A stretch of DNA of 64,000 nt from Porticoccaceae bacterium (GCA_017858135.1 JAFMBY010000001.1:18628-82627), one strand, 5' to 3'; shown: positions 49,028 to 59,087, counted from the first letter of the stretch. Notes: a model not told the origin generated them from the sequence alone. Made by a program: numbers and translations.

Positions 49028-49843
49028 ATGGATAATATCGCATTTATTGGCGGTGGCAATATGGCCTCATGCATTATCGGTGGCATGCTGGCGAATGGCT
49101 TTCAGGCGCAACAGATTTGCGTCAGTAATCCCGGTCAAGAAAAACGCGAACGTCTTCAACAGGCCTATGGCATCGCCACAACCGCCGACAATCACGCCGC
49201 CGTTGCAAATGCTGACATCGTAGTAATGGCAGTCAAGCCTCAAATTATGGGCACAGTCGTTAAAGAGCTGGCAGCTTCAATAGGCCCCGAAACTGCGGTG
49301 GTTTCGATCGCCGCGGGTATTCAACTTGCCGATTTTCAGCTCTGGCTGGGCAGCAGCCAAGCCATTGTCAGGGTAATGCCAAATACACCTTCGATGGTAC
49401 GCTGCGGTGCTGCGGGTTTGTTTGCCAATAATTTGGTCAGTGAAGAACAAAAGCGATCGATTGAGACGATGTTTAACGCAGTCGGCATATCTTGCTGGGT
49501 TGACAATGAAGCGCTCATTGACGCCGTCACAGCCGTATCGGGAAGCGGACCCGCTTATTTTTTCCTGATGATGGAAACCATGCAACGGATTGGCGAAGAG
49601 CTGGGCTTATCCGAACAGACCGCACGCGAGTTGACGATTCAGACGGCTCTTGGCGCTGCTAAGATGGCCAGTGCCGGCGATCTCGACACAACACAGCTGC
49701 GCAAGCAGGTAACCTCTCCGGGTGGCACAACCGAAGCCGCCATTGCAACCTTTCAATCGTTGGATATCGAGGACAGTTTTCGTCAGGCCATGCAATCTGT
49801 CGTTAAACGCGCTCGGGAAATGGCTAGCGAGTTTTCCAGCTAA
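49028..49843 (+). CDS. proC: Pyrroline-5-carboxylate reductase
   Basis: FIGGGNMA, AVKPQ, RVMPNTP, SGSGPAY, VTSPGGTT. Confidence 0.97.
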   Translation: MDNIAFIGGGNMASCIIGGMLANGFQAQQICVSNPGQEKRERLQQAYGIATTADNHAAVANADIVVMAVKPQIMGTVVKELAASIGPETAVVSIAAGIQLADFQLWLGSSQAIVRVMPNTPSMVRCGAAGLFANNLVSEEQKRSIETMFNAVGISCWVDNEALIDAVTAVSGSGPAYFFLMMETMQRIGEELGLSEQTARELTIQTALGAAKMASAGDLDTTQLRKQVTSPGGTTEAAIATFQSLDIEDSFRQAMQSVVKRAREMASEFSS

Positions 49844-49873
49844 AATAATAATGAGTAACCCTAAGGACTATTT

Positions 49874-50446
49874 ATGAACGCGCTTGGTGGAACGCCGATT
49901 TATCTTCTCAGCTTAGCGGTACAAATCTACAGTTTTATACTGCTGATCAGACTGCTTCTGCAACTGGTACAAGCTGATTTTTTTAACCCGATCTCGCAGA
50001 CCATGTTTAAGCTCTCGGCACCAGTTGTCACACCGCTGAGTAAATTATTTCCTACCATCGGAACCCTCAATCTTGCGGTGCTGGCAGCGGCCATTTTGGT
50101 AAAGTGGTTGTTTTATCTGGTGATGGGCCTGGCCACCGGGGTCGGCCTACTGGAAATAGTGTTATATATTCCGATCGCCGCCTTTGATCTGCTCTATGCA
50201 TTGATAGAAATTTATTTCTGGGGCATTTTTATTCTCGCCATTTCCAGCTGGGTGGGCACAACCAACCATCCGTCGGTTCAGTTGGTGGGGCAGATTACTG
50301 AGCCTTATCTACGGCCTTTTCGCAAGGTGATTCCGCCGATCGGTATGATGGATATCTCGCCAATGGTCGCCATCCTCAGTTTAATGGTTATTCGCAATAA
50401 GCTGCTGCCGATACTCGGTGGTATGGTGCAGTCACTGGTTAGCTAG
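49874..50446 (+). CDS. yggT: YggT family membrane protein
   Basis: ADFFNPISQ and PPIGMMDISP repeats; follows proC. Confidence 0.9.
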   Translation: MNALGGTPIYLLSLAVQIYSFILLIRLLLQLVQADFFNPISQTMFKLSAPVVTPLSKLFPTIGTLNLAVLAAAILVKWLFYLVMGLATGVGLLEIVLYIPIAAFDLLYALIEIYFWGIFILAISSWVGTTNHPSVQLVGQITEPYLRPFRKVIPPIGMMDISPMVAILSLMVIRNKLLPILGGMVQSLVS

Positions 50447-50452
50447 CAGTCA

Positions 50453-51496
50453 TCAAGGCGCCGGATCGGGATATTGCTGGTACACCTCATCGAGATCCGC
50501 TTTAACCTCGTCAGACAGAGCGACCTGACAGGCATCAATGTTTTGCTTGAGTTGCTCCATGGTGGTGGCACCAATCAGGCAGCTGGCGACAAAGGGCTGC
50601 TGGCAAATAAATGCCAGCGACAGCTCAACCAGGCTCAATCCGTGTTTTTTCGCCACATCATAATAGGCCTGTGTCGCCGCTTGAGAGGTTATTCCACTGT
50701 ACCGTGCAAAGCGCGGGAACAGGTCTATTCGTGATCCAGCAGGCATAGCGCCATGCATATATTTTCCGCTGAGAACACCGAAGGCAAGCGGCGAGTAGGC
50801 TAATAAACCAATCTCTTCGCGGATGGCCATCTCCGCCAGACCATTTTCAAATAGCCGGGATAAAATACTATAGGGATTCTGAATGCTGACAACCTGAGGC
50901 ATATCCCGCTCACGAGACAGGCGCAGGTACTCCATCAAACCCCAGGGAGTCTCATTCGATATACCAATATGTTTGACCAACCCTTCAGCCACCAACTGCG
51001 ACAGCTCGGTCATGGTTTCTTCAATCGCGATACCATCAAGACTGGGGCGGTGAGTGTAACCGCGCTGGCCAAAATAGTTGGTCATGCGTTCCGGCCAGTG
51101 AACCTGATAGAGGTCGACATAATCTGTTTGCAGACGCTCCAGAGACCCTTCGATTGCACGACGAATATGGTCTGCACTGAGTCGTGAACCGCCTCTAATA
51201 TGATTGACGCCAAGAACGCTTGAGGGGCCCGCAACCTTGGTCGCCAGAACAATTTCTTTACGTTTGCCGGTCTGCCTCAGCCACTCGCCGACGTAGGTCT
51301 CGGTCAACCCAGCGGTTTCTTCTCGGGCTGGCACTGGATACATCTCTGCGACATCAAGTAGATTGATACCCTTTGAAACCGCATAATCCATCTGCTCGCA
51401 GGCTTCTTCCGAGGAGTTTTGTTCGCCGTAGGTCATGGTCCCCAAACCAACCAACGACACTTCTATATCAGTATTTCCCAAAGTCTTGTAAATCAT
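50453..51496 (-). CDS. tas: NADP(H)-dependent aldo-keto reductase (Tas-like)
   Basis: GLGTMTYGEQN, DVAEMYPVP, ATKVAGP, DLYQVHWP, SNETPWG, LAYSPLAFGVLSGKY. Confidence 0.88.
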   Translation of the reverse strand: MIYKTLGNTDIEVSLVGLGTMTYGEQNSSEEACEQMDYAVSKGINLLDVAEMYPVPAREETAGLTETYVGEWLRQTGKRKEIVLATKVAGPSSVLGVNHIRGGSRLSADHIRRAIEGSLERLQTDYVDLYQVHWPERMTNYFGQRGYTHRPSLDGIAIEETMTELSQLVAEGLVKHIGISNETPWGLMEYLRLSRERDMPQVVSIQNPYSILSRLFENGLAEMAIREEIGLLAYSPLAFGVLSGKYMHGAMPAGSRIDLFPRFARYSGITSQAATQAYYDVAKKHGLSLVELSLAFICQQPFVASCLIGATTMEQLKQNIDACQVALSDEVKADLDEVYQQYPDPAP

Positions 51497-51560
51497 GCTT
51501 TTCTATCCGGGCAAGTTGAGAACCCAGTCTAGCCGACTATGGTCGGATAAAAAATAGTCT

Positions 51561-51644
51561 ATGCTTGGGTGCGTTCAAAGTTGCAGTGTAAATTGCATTG
51601 AAAGTTGCGTTAACCAAGGCAGCCTCTTAGACTCAACAGCTTAA
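51561..51644 (+). other. Candidate Cys-periodic uORF / 4 x 12-bp imperfect repeat upstream of metX
   Basis: [27 protein letters not shown]; TGC at 12-nt intervals; stop 17 nt before the metX ATG; weak SD. Confidence 0.35.
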
Positions 51645-51661
51645 ACCAGAGCAGTCCATTC

Positions 51662-52822
51662 ATGGCATTAAACATCCGCGAAAACTCCGTCGGCATCGTA
51701 GCGGCAGAAAAGATCCTTATCGACACGCCACTTACCCTAGCATGCGGCGTGGTGCTGGCCAGCCATGAGCTGATGGTTGAGACCTATGGCACGCTGAATG
51801 CTGACAAAAGTAATGCGCTACTGATTTGTCATGCCCTGAGCGGCAGCCACCACGCCGCAGGGTTCTATGCTGGCGACGACAAACCAGGTTGGTGGGACAG
51901 TTATATTGGTCCCGGCAAACCGATGGACACTAATCGCTTTTTTGTTGTTTCGCTAAACAATATAGGCAGCTGCTTTGGCAGCACCGGTCCGACCTCAATC
52001 AACCCTCAAACCGGCGAGCCCTGGGGCGCGCAATTCCCCTCTCTGCGTGCTAGAGACTGGGTGGAATCGCAACGATTGCTCATGGAGCATCTCGGCATCC
52101 AGCGCTGGGCAGCGGTAATCGGCGGCAGTCTAGGCGGTATGCAGGCGATGCGCTGGGCGCTGGAACATCCGGATAAACTGGCTAATAGTATTGTGATTGC
52201 TTCGTCGATGAAGCTTTCCGCGCAAAATATTGCCTTTAATGAGATTGCCCGCCGCGCCATCAAATCAGATCCGGAATTTTGTGATGGCCAGTACTTGGAG
52301 AAAGATACCGCGCCGCGCCGCGGTTTAGCGCTGGCACGTATGATTGGTCATGTAACCTATCTGTCAGATGAGTTGATGGGGCAGAAATTTGGCCGCGAAC
52401 TGCGTTCGGGGACCTTTTCTCAGGGAGATGCTGAACCGGTTGAGTTTCAGATTGAGAGTTATCTCAACTATCAGGGTGATAAATTCTCCGGCGACTTTGA
52501 TGCCAACGCGTATATTTTGATTACCAAAATGCTCGATTACTTTGATCTGTCACGGGATTATGAAAACAACCCAGTACAGGCTTTTGGCCACGCCAAATGT
52601 GATTTTTTGGTGGTCTCATTCAGCAGTGACTGGCGCTTTTCGCCGCAACGCTCGCGAGAGATTACCGATGCATTAATAGCCGCAGGAAAAAACGTCTCCT
52701 ATGCTGAAATTGAGTCCGACCAGGGCCACGATGCGTTTCTGCTTCCCAACCGTCGCTATGAGCAAGTGCTAGGCAACTATCTAAGCAAGATTGCAGATAA
52801 GCTGGAGGACGTCACAATATGA
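51662..52822 (+). CDS. metX: Homoserine O-acyltransferase MetX (acetyl vs succinyl not resolved)
   Basis: [16 protein letters not shown] nucleophile elbow, SSDWRF, GHDAFL; precedes metW. Confidence 0.95.
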   Translation: MALNIRENSVGIVAAEKILIDTPLTLACGVVLASHELMVETYGTLNADKSNALLICHALSGSHHAAGFYAGDDKPGWWDSYIGPGKPMDTNRFFVVSLNNIGSCFGSTGPTSINPQTGEPWGAQFPSLRARDWVESQRLLMEHLGIQRWAAVIGGSLGGMQAMRWALEHPDKLANSIVIASSMKLSAQNIAFNEIARRAIKSDPEFCDGQYLEKDTAPRRGLALARMIGHVTYLSDELMGQKFGRELRSGTFSQGDAEPVEFQIESYLNYQGDKFSGDFDANAYILITKMLDYFDLSRDYENNPVQAFGHAKCDFLVVSFSSDWRFSPQRSREITDALIAAGKNVSYAEIESDQGHDAFLLPNRRYEQVLGNYLSKIADKLEDVTI

Positions 52823-53463
52823 GCATGATTAATAGTGTGAGTCCAACCACCAACTTGAGCCAAACCAACAGCCTAAGCCTTGTAAACAGCTCGATCCATT
52901 CCTGGGTGCAAGCTAACGCACGCGTTCTCGATCTCGGCTGCGGCGATGGAACCTTACTGGCAGAATTGCAGCAAGATCTAAATATCCGCGGTTACGGACT
53001 TGAGATTGACGCTGAAGCAATCAATCAGTGTGTGTTAAAAGGCGTTAATGTTGTCGAACAGGACCTGAACAAAGGTCTCGCGAATTTTGACGACAACAGT
53101 TTCGACACCGTCATTATGACTCAGGCGCTACAGGCGATGCGTTACCCGCATCTGGTGCTCGATGAAATGCTGCGCATTGGCAGCGAGTGTATTATCACTT
53201 TTCCCAATTTTGGCCACTGGAAAGCACGTGCTTATCTGACGCTGCGCGGGCGCATGCCGGTAACCAAAGAGCTGACCTATCAGTGGTATGACACCCCCAA
53301 TATTCACTTTTTTACCTACCGAGATTTTGAAGTCTTGTGCCGTCAACGCAATATCAACGTTTTACGCAAACAGTTTGTCGGTGAACATTTTCTCGATCGA
53401 CAACTCAAAAACCTATGGCCCAACCTGTTTGCTGAAACGGTTGTCTATCATCTCAGCAAATAA
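52819..53463 (+). CDS. metW: Methionine biosynthesis protein MetW
   Basis: [33 protein letters not shown]. Confidence 0.95.
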   Translation: MSMINSVSPTTNLSQTNSLSLVNSSIHSWVQANARVLDLGCGDGTLLAELQQDLNIRGYGLEIDAEAINQCVLKGVNVVEQDLNKGLANFDDNSFDTVIMTQALQAMRYPHLVLDEMLRIGSECIITFPNFGHWKARAYLTLRGRMPVTKELTYQWYDTPNIHFFTYRDFEVLCRQRNINVLRKQFVGEHFLDRQLKNLWPNLFAETVVYHLSK

Positions 53464-53504
53464 TAGATCTGGGGTCTCTTGGCCCACCATGGAGGATTAA
53501 GCCG

Positions 53505-53939
53505 ATGAAATATTTACTTATGCTGCTAACTGTTCTGTCGCTGGCACTGCCAGCGGCCACTCTCGCCGACGATAAAGTCTACAAGCAATACGGCCCCTAT
53601 AAGATTTTCTACAGCGCGTTTAATAGCACCTTTATCGATCCCGATATCGCCGTCGCCAACCAAATTATTCGCGGCAAAGATAAAGGGCTGGTCAATATTG
53701 CCGTCGTTCTTGAATCGGGAACAGGCGTTGCCTCAGTGATTTCAGGCAATGTCTTCAATATTTTTCAGATGAGTCAACCACTGACATTTGTTGAGGTGCG
53801 CGAACAGAATGCGGTCTATTATCTAGCCCCATTCGACTTTGAAAATGAAGACTTTTTGACCTTTAAGATCTCCGTGCGTCCCGACGCGGAGAAGCCCGCC
53901 TATGAGCTTAAATTTCAAAAGAAAATGTATCACGACTAA
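53505..53939 (+). CDS. DUF4426 domain-containing secreted protein
   Basis: Signal peptide; YSAFNSTFIDPDIA, EVREQNAVYYLA; usual position between metW and rdgB. Confidence 0.8.
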   Translation: MKYLLMLLTVLSLALPAATLADDKVYKQYGPYKIFYSAFNSTFIDPDIAVANQIIRGKDKGLVNIAVVLESGTGVASVISGNVFNIFQMSQPLTFVEVREQNAVYYLAPFDFENEDFLTFKISVRPDAEKPAYELKFQKKMYHD

Positions 53940-53973
53940 ATTGGTGGACCACGGCTAAATTAAGGAGCCCGGC

Positions 53974-54576
53974 TTGAAAATTGTACTGGCCAGCAGCAAT
54001 GCCGGAAAGATAAAAGAATTACACGACATGCTGAGCGCGCTCGATATGCAGGTGGTCCCGCAGCAAGAACTGAATATCGAGGATATCGAAGAAACGGGAC
54101 TCTGTTTTGTCGAAAATGCCATTCTCAAGGCCCGCAATGCGGCACTTATGTCAGGCATGCCGGCAATCGCCGATGACTCGGGCCTGGAAGTCGATCTGCT
54201 CAATGGAGCGCCGGGTATCTATTCGGCGCGCTTCGCAGGTGAAGGTGCCAGCGATGCCAGCAACAATCAAAAGTTGCTCGAACTGCTCGGTGATGCGCCA
54301 CTGCAACAGCGTAGCGCCCGCTATCAATGTGTTATCGTCTATATGCGTCATGCCAACGATCCGACACCGATTATCTGCCAGGGCAGCTGGGAGGGTCATA
54401 TCGCCTTAGAGGCGCAAGGCGACGGAGGTTTTGGTTACGATCCGCTGTTTTATGTGCAGGATCTAAAGTGCCACGCTGCCGAAATAGATAAACAAGAAAA
54501 AAATCGTATTAGTCACCGCGGCAAAGCCATCCAAGATTTACTTGCGAAGCTAGCAAGCACCAGACGCGCGCCCTAG
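53974..54576 (+). CDS. rdgB: dITP/XTP pyrophosphatase
   Basis: LASSNAGKIKE, ENAILKAR, ADDSGL, APGIYSAR, FGYDPLF, SHRG; TTG start with AAGGAG. Confidence 0.97.
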   Translation: MKIVLASSNAGKIKELHDMLSALDMQVVPQQELNIEDIEETGLCFVENAILKARNAALMSGMPAIADDSGLEVDLLNGAPGIYSARFAGEGASDASNNQKLLELLGDAPLQQRSARYQCVIVYMRHANDPTPIICQGSWEGHIALEAQGDGGFGYDPLFYVQDLKCHAAEIDKQEKNRISHRGKAIQDLLAKLASTRRAP

Positions 54577-54600
54577 CAAAGACAGATTAAAGAAAGATTG

Positions 54601-54774
54601 ATGCAAAAATTCCACACCAACATCTACCTTAAACACCTCTGTGCTGTCACGCTCATAGTGATTGCGCAACTTGTCAGCGCCCAAGAGCCAACTCTGGTGA
54701 CCACTGAGCAGGGTGTGATGAGCGATAAACTCGACTTCCTTGAGTCACTATACAAAAAGCGAATTTCCCAATAG
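54601..54774 (+). CDS. 57-aa ORF with signal-peptide-like N-terminus (possible truncated gene)
   Basis: MQKFHTNIYLKHLCAVTLIVIAQLVSA-QEPTLVTTEQGVMSDKLDFLESLYKKRISQ; fills the rdgB-hemW gap. Confidence 0.45.
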   Translation: MQKFHTNIYLKHLCAVTLIVIAQLVSAQEPTLVTTEQGVMSDKLDFLESLYKKRISQ

Positions 54775-55919
54775 ATACCGCACTCGAACTACCTCCCCTT
54801 TCGCTGTATGTGCACATACCCTGGTGTGTGCGCAAATGCCCCTACTGTGACTTTAACTCTCATGCTGCCAGCAATAAGATTCCAGAACAGGCTTATATCA
54901 AGGCACTGATTGCTGATCTTCAGCAAGATCAAAAATGGGCACAGGGTAGAAAACTCACCTCGATCTTTTTTGGCGGTGGCACCCCCAGCCTTTTTTCAGC
55001 TGCAGGCATAGGCCAAATACTCAACGCCGCAGAACGCCTTATCGGCTTTGAGCGCGATATCGAAATAACCCTTGAGGCCAATCCCGGCACTGCAGAGCAG
55101 GAAAAATTTAGCGGCTTTCGCAGCGCCGGTGTCAATCGTCTTTCGATTGGCATCCAAAGTTTTAATCATCAGCACCTGCTGCAATTGGGTCGCATACATG
55201 ATGGCGCCCAGGCATTGTCTGCAATTGAAACTGCACGGCGAGCAGGATTTGATAATTTTAATCTCGACCTGATGCACGGCCTCTCGGGTCAGACAGTTGA
55301 CCAGGCGCGCAGCGATCTGCAGCAGGCCATCGATAGCAGTGCAACGCATATTTCCTGGTACCAGTTGACCATTGAACCCAATACAGAGTTCTACTCGCGC
55401 CCCCCACAACTGCCTGAGGAAGACGCTTTGGTCGATATCCAGCAGGCCGGCATGGCGCTGCTCGACGAGCACAGTTACAGGCAGTATGAAGTCTCTGCCT
55501 TTGCCCAGCAGGGACAGCGCTCACAGCACAATATGAATTATTGGCAGTTTGGCGACTATCTCGGCGTAGGGGCTGGCGCTCACGGCAAAATCACCATGCC
55601 GGCTGAAAACTGTATTCTGCGCACCAGCAAAACCCGTCAGCCGGACAATTATCTGGCGCGAGACCCGTTAACACTGGCGCAGCAAAACCCTATCGTCGTC
55701 AATGAGCTTGCTGTGGAATTTATGATGAATGGACTGCGCCTTCGCGATGGCCTCAGCGCTGACTATTTCACTCCACGCACCGGCCTGCCCGCCTCAAGCA
55801 TTGCCAAGCAGGTGGCGAAGCTGCAGTCTCAAGGGCTGTTGGAAGTCGGTGATCGCCGCTATCAGGCAACGCCGCTCGGCTATCAATTTTTAAACAGTTT
55901 GCTGCAGGGGTTTTCCTAG
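54771..55919 (+). CDS. hemW: Radical SAM heme chaperone HemW (YggW)
   Basis: LPPLSLYVHIPWCVRKCPYCDFNSH, FFGGGTPS, EANPGT, YWQFGDYLGVGAGAHGK; the conserved N-terminus needs a start upstream of 54810, best candidate ATA 54771. Confidence 0.92.
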   Translation: MDTALELPPLSLYVHIPWCVRKCPYCDFNSHAASNKIPEQAYIKALIADLQQDQKWAQGRKLTSIFFGGGTPSLFSAAGIGQILNAAERLIGFERDIEITLEANPGTAEQEKFSGFRSAGVNRLSIGIQSFNHQHLLQLGRIHDGAQALSAIETARRAGFDNFNLDLMHGLSGQTVDQARSDLQQAIDSSATHISWYQLTIEPNTEFYSRPPQLPEEDALVDIQQAGMALLDEHSYRQYEVSAFAQQGQRSQHNMNYWQFGDYLGVGAGAHGKITMPAENCILRTSKTRQPDNYLARDPLTLAQQNPIVVNELAVEFMMNGLRLRDGLSADYFTPRTGLPASSIAKQVAKLQSQGLLEVGDRRYQATPLGYQFLNSLLQGFS

Positions 55920-55983
55920 AGTCTGTTGACGTTTAATTTGCTAAACTGCACAGCCACGAAACACGAGAGTTATAAATACAGCC

Positions 55984-56937
55984 ATGAGCGACTCAGTCTC
56001 AGCAAGCAATCAGCTGCCGCCCCATGAAAGCGCACGTTTACTGCGTTTGGCAACCTATGCCTCGACATCCGTGGCACTGGTTTTGATTGCCGCAAAACTG
56101 TTTGCCTGGAGCGCATCGGGCTCAGTCAGCCTGCTGGCTACGTTAATCGACTCCATGCTTGATGCACTGGCCTCGATCATCAATTTGATCGCTGTGCGAC
56201 ATGCTCTGACGCCAGCGGATAAAGAACATCGCTTTGGTCACGGTAAAGCAGAAGCTCTGGCAGGTTTAAGTCAATCGCTGTTTATCGCTGGTTCTGCCGG
56301 ATTTTTACTCTTCGAGGCCGCACAGCGCGTGATCAATCCGGTAAAGGTTGAGTCTATTCAGCTGGGCATTGTTGTGATGGTGATTTCGATTGTCGCGACG
56401 CTACTACTGCTAAGTTTTCAGCAGCATGTGATTCGCAAAACCAATTCCACCGCGATTCGAGCCGATGCCCTGCACTATCGCACTGACCTGATGGTCAATG
56501 GCAGCGTGATTGTCGCCCTGCTATTAGTGAGTATTGGCGGCTGGCCTGGCTTCGACGGCCTATTTGCTGGAGTCATAGGGATTTATATTCTCTACAGCGC
56601 ACGTGAAATTATTATTACCTCTTACGATCATCTTATGGACCGCGAACTGCCCGACGCTGATCGCGATAAGATCAAAGCGCTGGTATTGGCTCATCCCAGC
56701 ACCCGCGGACTGCACGATCTGCGCTCGCGTCACTCCGGCACCATGACCTTTATTCAACTTCATCTAGAGCTAGATGATGATCTAAGTTTGTTGGCAGCGC
56801 ACAAAATATCCGATGAAGTAGAAGCGCTAATATTGACCGCTTTCCCAGGTTCCGAGATTATTATTCACATAGACCCACAGTCTGTGGCCGCTCAAGAAAC
56901 CATGCCCGACTTCGCCAGTACAGAAGAGCATAGCTAA
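55984..56937 (+). CDS. fieF: Cation diffusion facilitator FieF-like
   Basis: DSMLD, PADKEHRFGHGKAEALA, ADALHYRTD, HLELD, IHIDP. Confidence 0.9.
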   Translation: MSDSVSASNQLPPHESARLLRLATYASTSVALVLIAAKLFAWSASGSVSLLATLIDSMLDALASIINLIAVRHALTPADKEHRFGHGKAEALAGLSQSLFIAGSAGFLLFEAAQRVINPVKVESIQLGIVVMVISIVATLLLLSFQQHVIRKTNSTAIRADALHYRTDLMVNGSVIVALLLVSIGGWPGFDGLFAGVIGIYILYSAREIIITSYDHLMDRELPDADRDKIKALVLAHPSTRGLHDLRSRHSGTMTFIQLHLELDDDLSLLAAHKISDEVEALILTAFPGSEIIIHIDPQSVAAQETMPDFASTEEHS

Positions 56938-56942
56938 GAGTC

Positions 56943-59087
56943 TTAACGCTTGAGATTGCGCCCTAAGTAACGCTGTAGGATCGCCAACAATCTGTGTGGC
57001 ACATGCTTGCGCTTCCACTCCCCGGCCACAAACCGATTGCCCTCGCTCAGTGTTGGATAGCTACGAATTGTTCCCAGTAGTTTATTCAGCCCGAGGTTGT
57101 GTTTCATCGCCAGCACAAATTCATTGATCAACTCGCCGGCCTGCGGCCCAACAATGGTCGCACCAAGAATGCGATCTTTGCCGGGAACCGTCAGTACCTG
57201 AATAAAACCCTGGGCGTCATTGTCGGCTATAGCGCGATCGAGATCAGACAGATCATACTGGGTTATCTCAACAACAATACCCTGCTGCTCTGCCTCTCTC
57301 TGATTAAGCCCCACCCGTCCAATCTGCGGATCGGTAAATACCACCTGCGGCATAATTCGGTAATCGACGCGGAATTTTTTAAAGCGGCCAAGCAAGCCGT
57401 TAACAGCTGCAAACCATGCCTGATGACTAGCAGCATGGGTCAACTGGTAGGGCCCAACCACATCGCCACAGGCCAGAATATTGGGGTAGCAGGTGCGCAG
57501 GTAATCATCTGTGGTAATGGTGCCATTGGCATTCAGGGGAATCCCCAACGCCTCAAGACCGAGATTTTCGGTATTGGCTGTCCGGCCTATGGCAATCAGC
57601 ACGCGATCAAATTCCATCTGCACCAGCTCAGAACTTGATTCAGAGCTAGATTCAGAGCTGGGTGTTAGCTCGGCGAGACAGTGATCTGCGTGAGATTCAA
57701 ACTTTTCAGCGCTGTAGTTAGTCAGTACCCGCACACCCTCAGACTCAAGGCATTGCTGCATAAATGATGCAACCTGCTGGTCATCTCGCGGCAGTAACTG
57801 CGCCTGCATCTCGACCAATGTGACCTGCGACCCGAGACGCTGGAATGCCTGCGCCAACTCACAGCCAATGGCGCCACCGCCAACAATAAGAAACCGCTTA
57901 GGCAAATCCTCTAGCTTCCAGAGTGTTTCAGAGGTCAGCGGATCAACCTGATCAAGCCCCGGTATGGACGGCATGGTTGGCCGTGCACCGCTGGCAATAA
58001 TAATTTTCTCGGCGCTGATTTGCTGCCCGTCAACATCAACTACCCAGGGTGAAATTAGCTTAGCATTGCCGTACACGCAGTCGACCCCCAAATTGGTGTA
58101 GCGCTCAACCGAATCATGCGGCTCAATGGTGTTGATCACATTCTGAACACGCCCCATCACTCGAGTGAAATCCACTTTCGGAGCGCCGACATTAATGCCT
58201 AGCGCAGCAGCCTTTTGCATATCGGCCATGGATTTTGCCGCACGGATCAATGCCTTACTCGGCACGCAACCGGTATTAAGACAGTCTCCACCCATCTTGT
58301 CCCGCTCAATTAGCGTGACTCGCGCCTTGAGCGTCGCACCTATATAGGCACTGACTAATCCGCCACTGCCGGCGCCAATAACGATAAGATTGGTGTCAAA
58401 TTTGCGCGGTTTTTTATAGCCGCGGTAGCGCTTGCGCCGATCCACCACATTGACCACAGCGCGCACCAACAAGGGAAACAGCGCTAACAGCAAAAACGAT
58501 GAAATAACCCCGGGAGTCATAATCCCGGCAGCAGAAAACTCGTCAATACTGCCGATCGAGGCTCCAGCATTAACATAAACAAAAGTGCCCGCCAGCATTC
58601 CCAGCTGACTAACCAGATAAAAGGTCGATGTTTTAAGTGGCGTTAGCCCCATCACCAGATTGATCATCCAAAACGGGAACAGTGGTATCAGTCGCAGACC
58701 AAACAGATAATAACCACCCTGCTTTTCGATACCCTGGTTGATGGTGCTCAAATGTGAAGAAAACGTTGCCTGCACCCAATCACGCAGCAGGAAGCGTGAC
58801 ACCAAAAAAGCCAAAGTAGCTCCGATAGAACTGGCAAAGGACACCAACAAGATGCCAGTCCATAAACCGAACAGCATGCCACCAATAATCGTCAGCAGTG
58901 CCGCACCGGGAATAGAGATAGCAGTCGCAATCACGTAGATTGCAAAATAGACCCCCGCGGTGAGAAGGGGTTGCTGCGCGTAAAGATCACGGAAAAAATC
59001 TAGCGAGAGATAACGCTGACCGTCGAAGGCAAAATAGGCCCACAATAGCCCGCCGATTGCCGTGATCAGTATTATTTTTTTTGCCAT
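56943..59087 (-). CDS. VTT(DedA/TVP38)-domain membrane protein fused to a class I pyridine nucleotide-disulfide oxidoreductase
   Basis: N-terminal LSIPGA-like VTT segment with LRLIPLFPF; GAGSGG, GGDCLNTGCVPSK, GGGAIGCE, YPTLSE. Confidence 0.88.
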   Translation of the reverse strand: MAKKIILITAIGGLLWAYFAFDGQRYLSLDFFRDLYAQQPLLTAGVYFAIYVIATAISIPGAALLTIIGGMLFGLWTGILLVSFASSIGATLAFLVSRFLLRDWVQATFSSHLSTINQGIEKQGGYYLFGLRLIPLFPFWMINLVMGLTPLKTSTFYLVSQLGMLAGTFVYVNAGASIGSIDEFSAAGIMTPGVISSFLLLALFPLLVRAVVNVVDRRKRYRGYKKPRKFDTNLIVIGAGSGGLVSAYIGATLKARVTLIERDKMGGDCLNTGCVPSKALIRAAKSMADMQKAAALGINVGAPKVDFTRVMGRVQNVINTIEPHDSVERYTNLGVDCVYGNAKLISPWVVDVDGQQISAEKIIIASGARPTMPSIPGLDQVDPLTSETLWKLEDLPKRFLIVGGGAIGCELAQAFQRLGSQVTLVEMQAQLLPRDDQQVASFMQQCLESEGVRVLTNYSAEKFESHADHCLAELTPSSESSSESSSELVQMEFDRVLIAIGRTANTENLGLEALGIPLNANGTITTDDYLRTCYPNILACGDVVGPYQLTHAASHQAWFAAVNGLLGRFKKFRVDYRIMPQVVFTDPQIGRVGLNQREAEQQGIVVEITQYDLSDLDRAIADNDAQGFIQVLTVPGKDRILGATIVGPQAGELINEFVLAMKHNLGLNKLLGTIRSYPTLSEGNRFVAGEWKRKHVPHRLLAILQRYLGRNLKR

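Noticed and set aside
51497-51661. SAM riboswitch, MetJ box or sigma54 promoter upstream of metX
   Set aside because: No SAM-II/SAM-V core recognised, no AGACGTCT 8-mers, and the GG-to-GC spacing does not fit the -24/-12 consensus.
57628-57663. Three imperfect 12-bp repeats encoding SSESSSESSSEL
   Set aside because: A short in-frame low-complexity loop expansion; no sign of phase variation or a mobile element.
56943-59087. Calling this gene merA
   Set aside because: No C-terminal Cys-Cys pair, no NmerA domain and no mer operon context.
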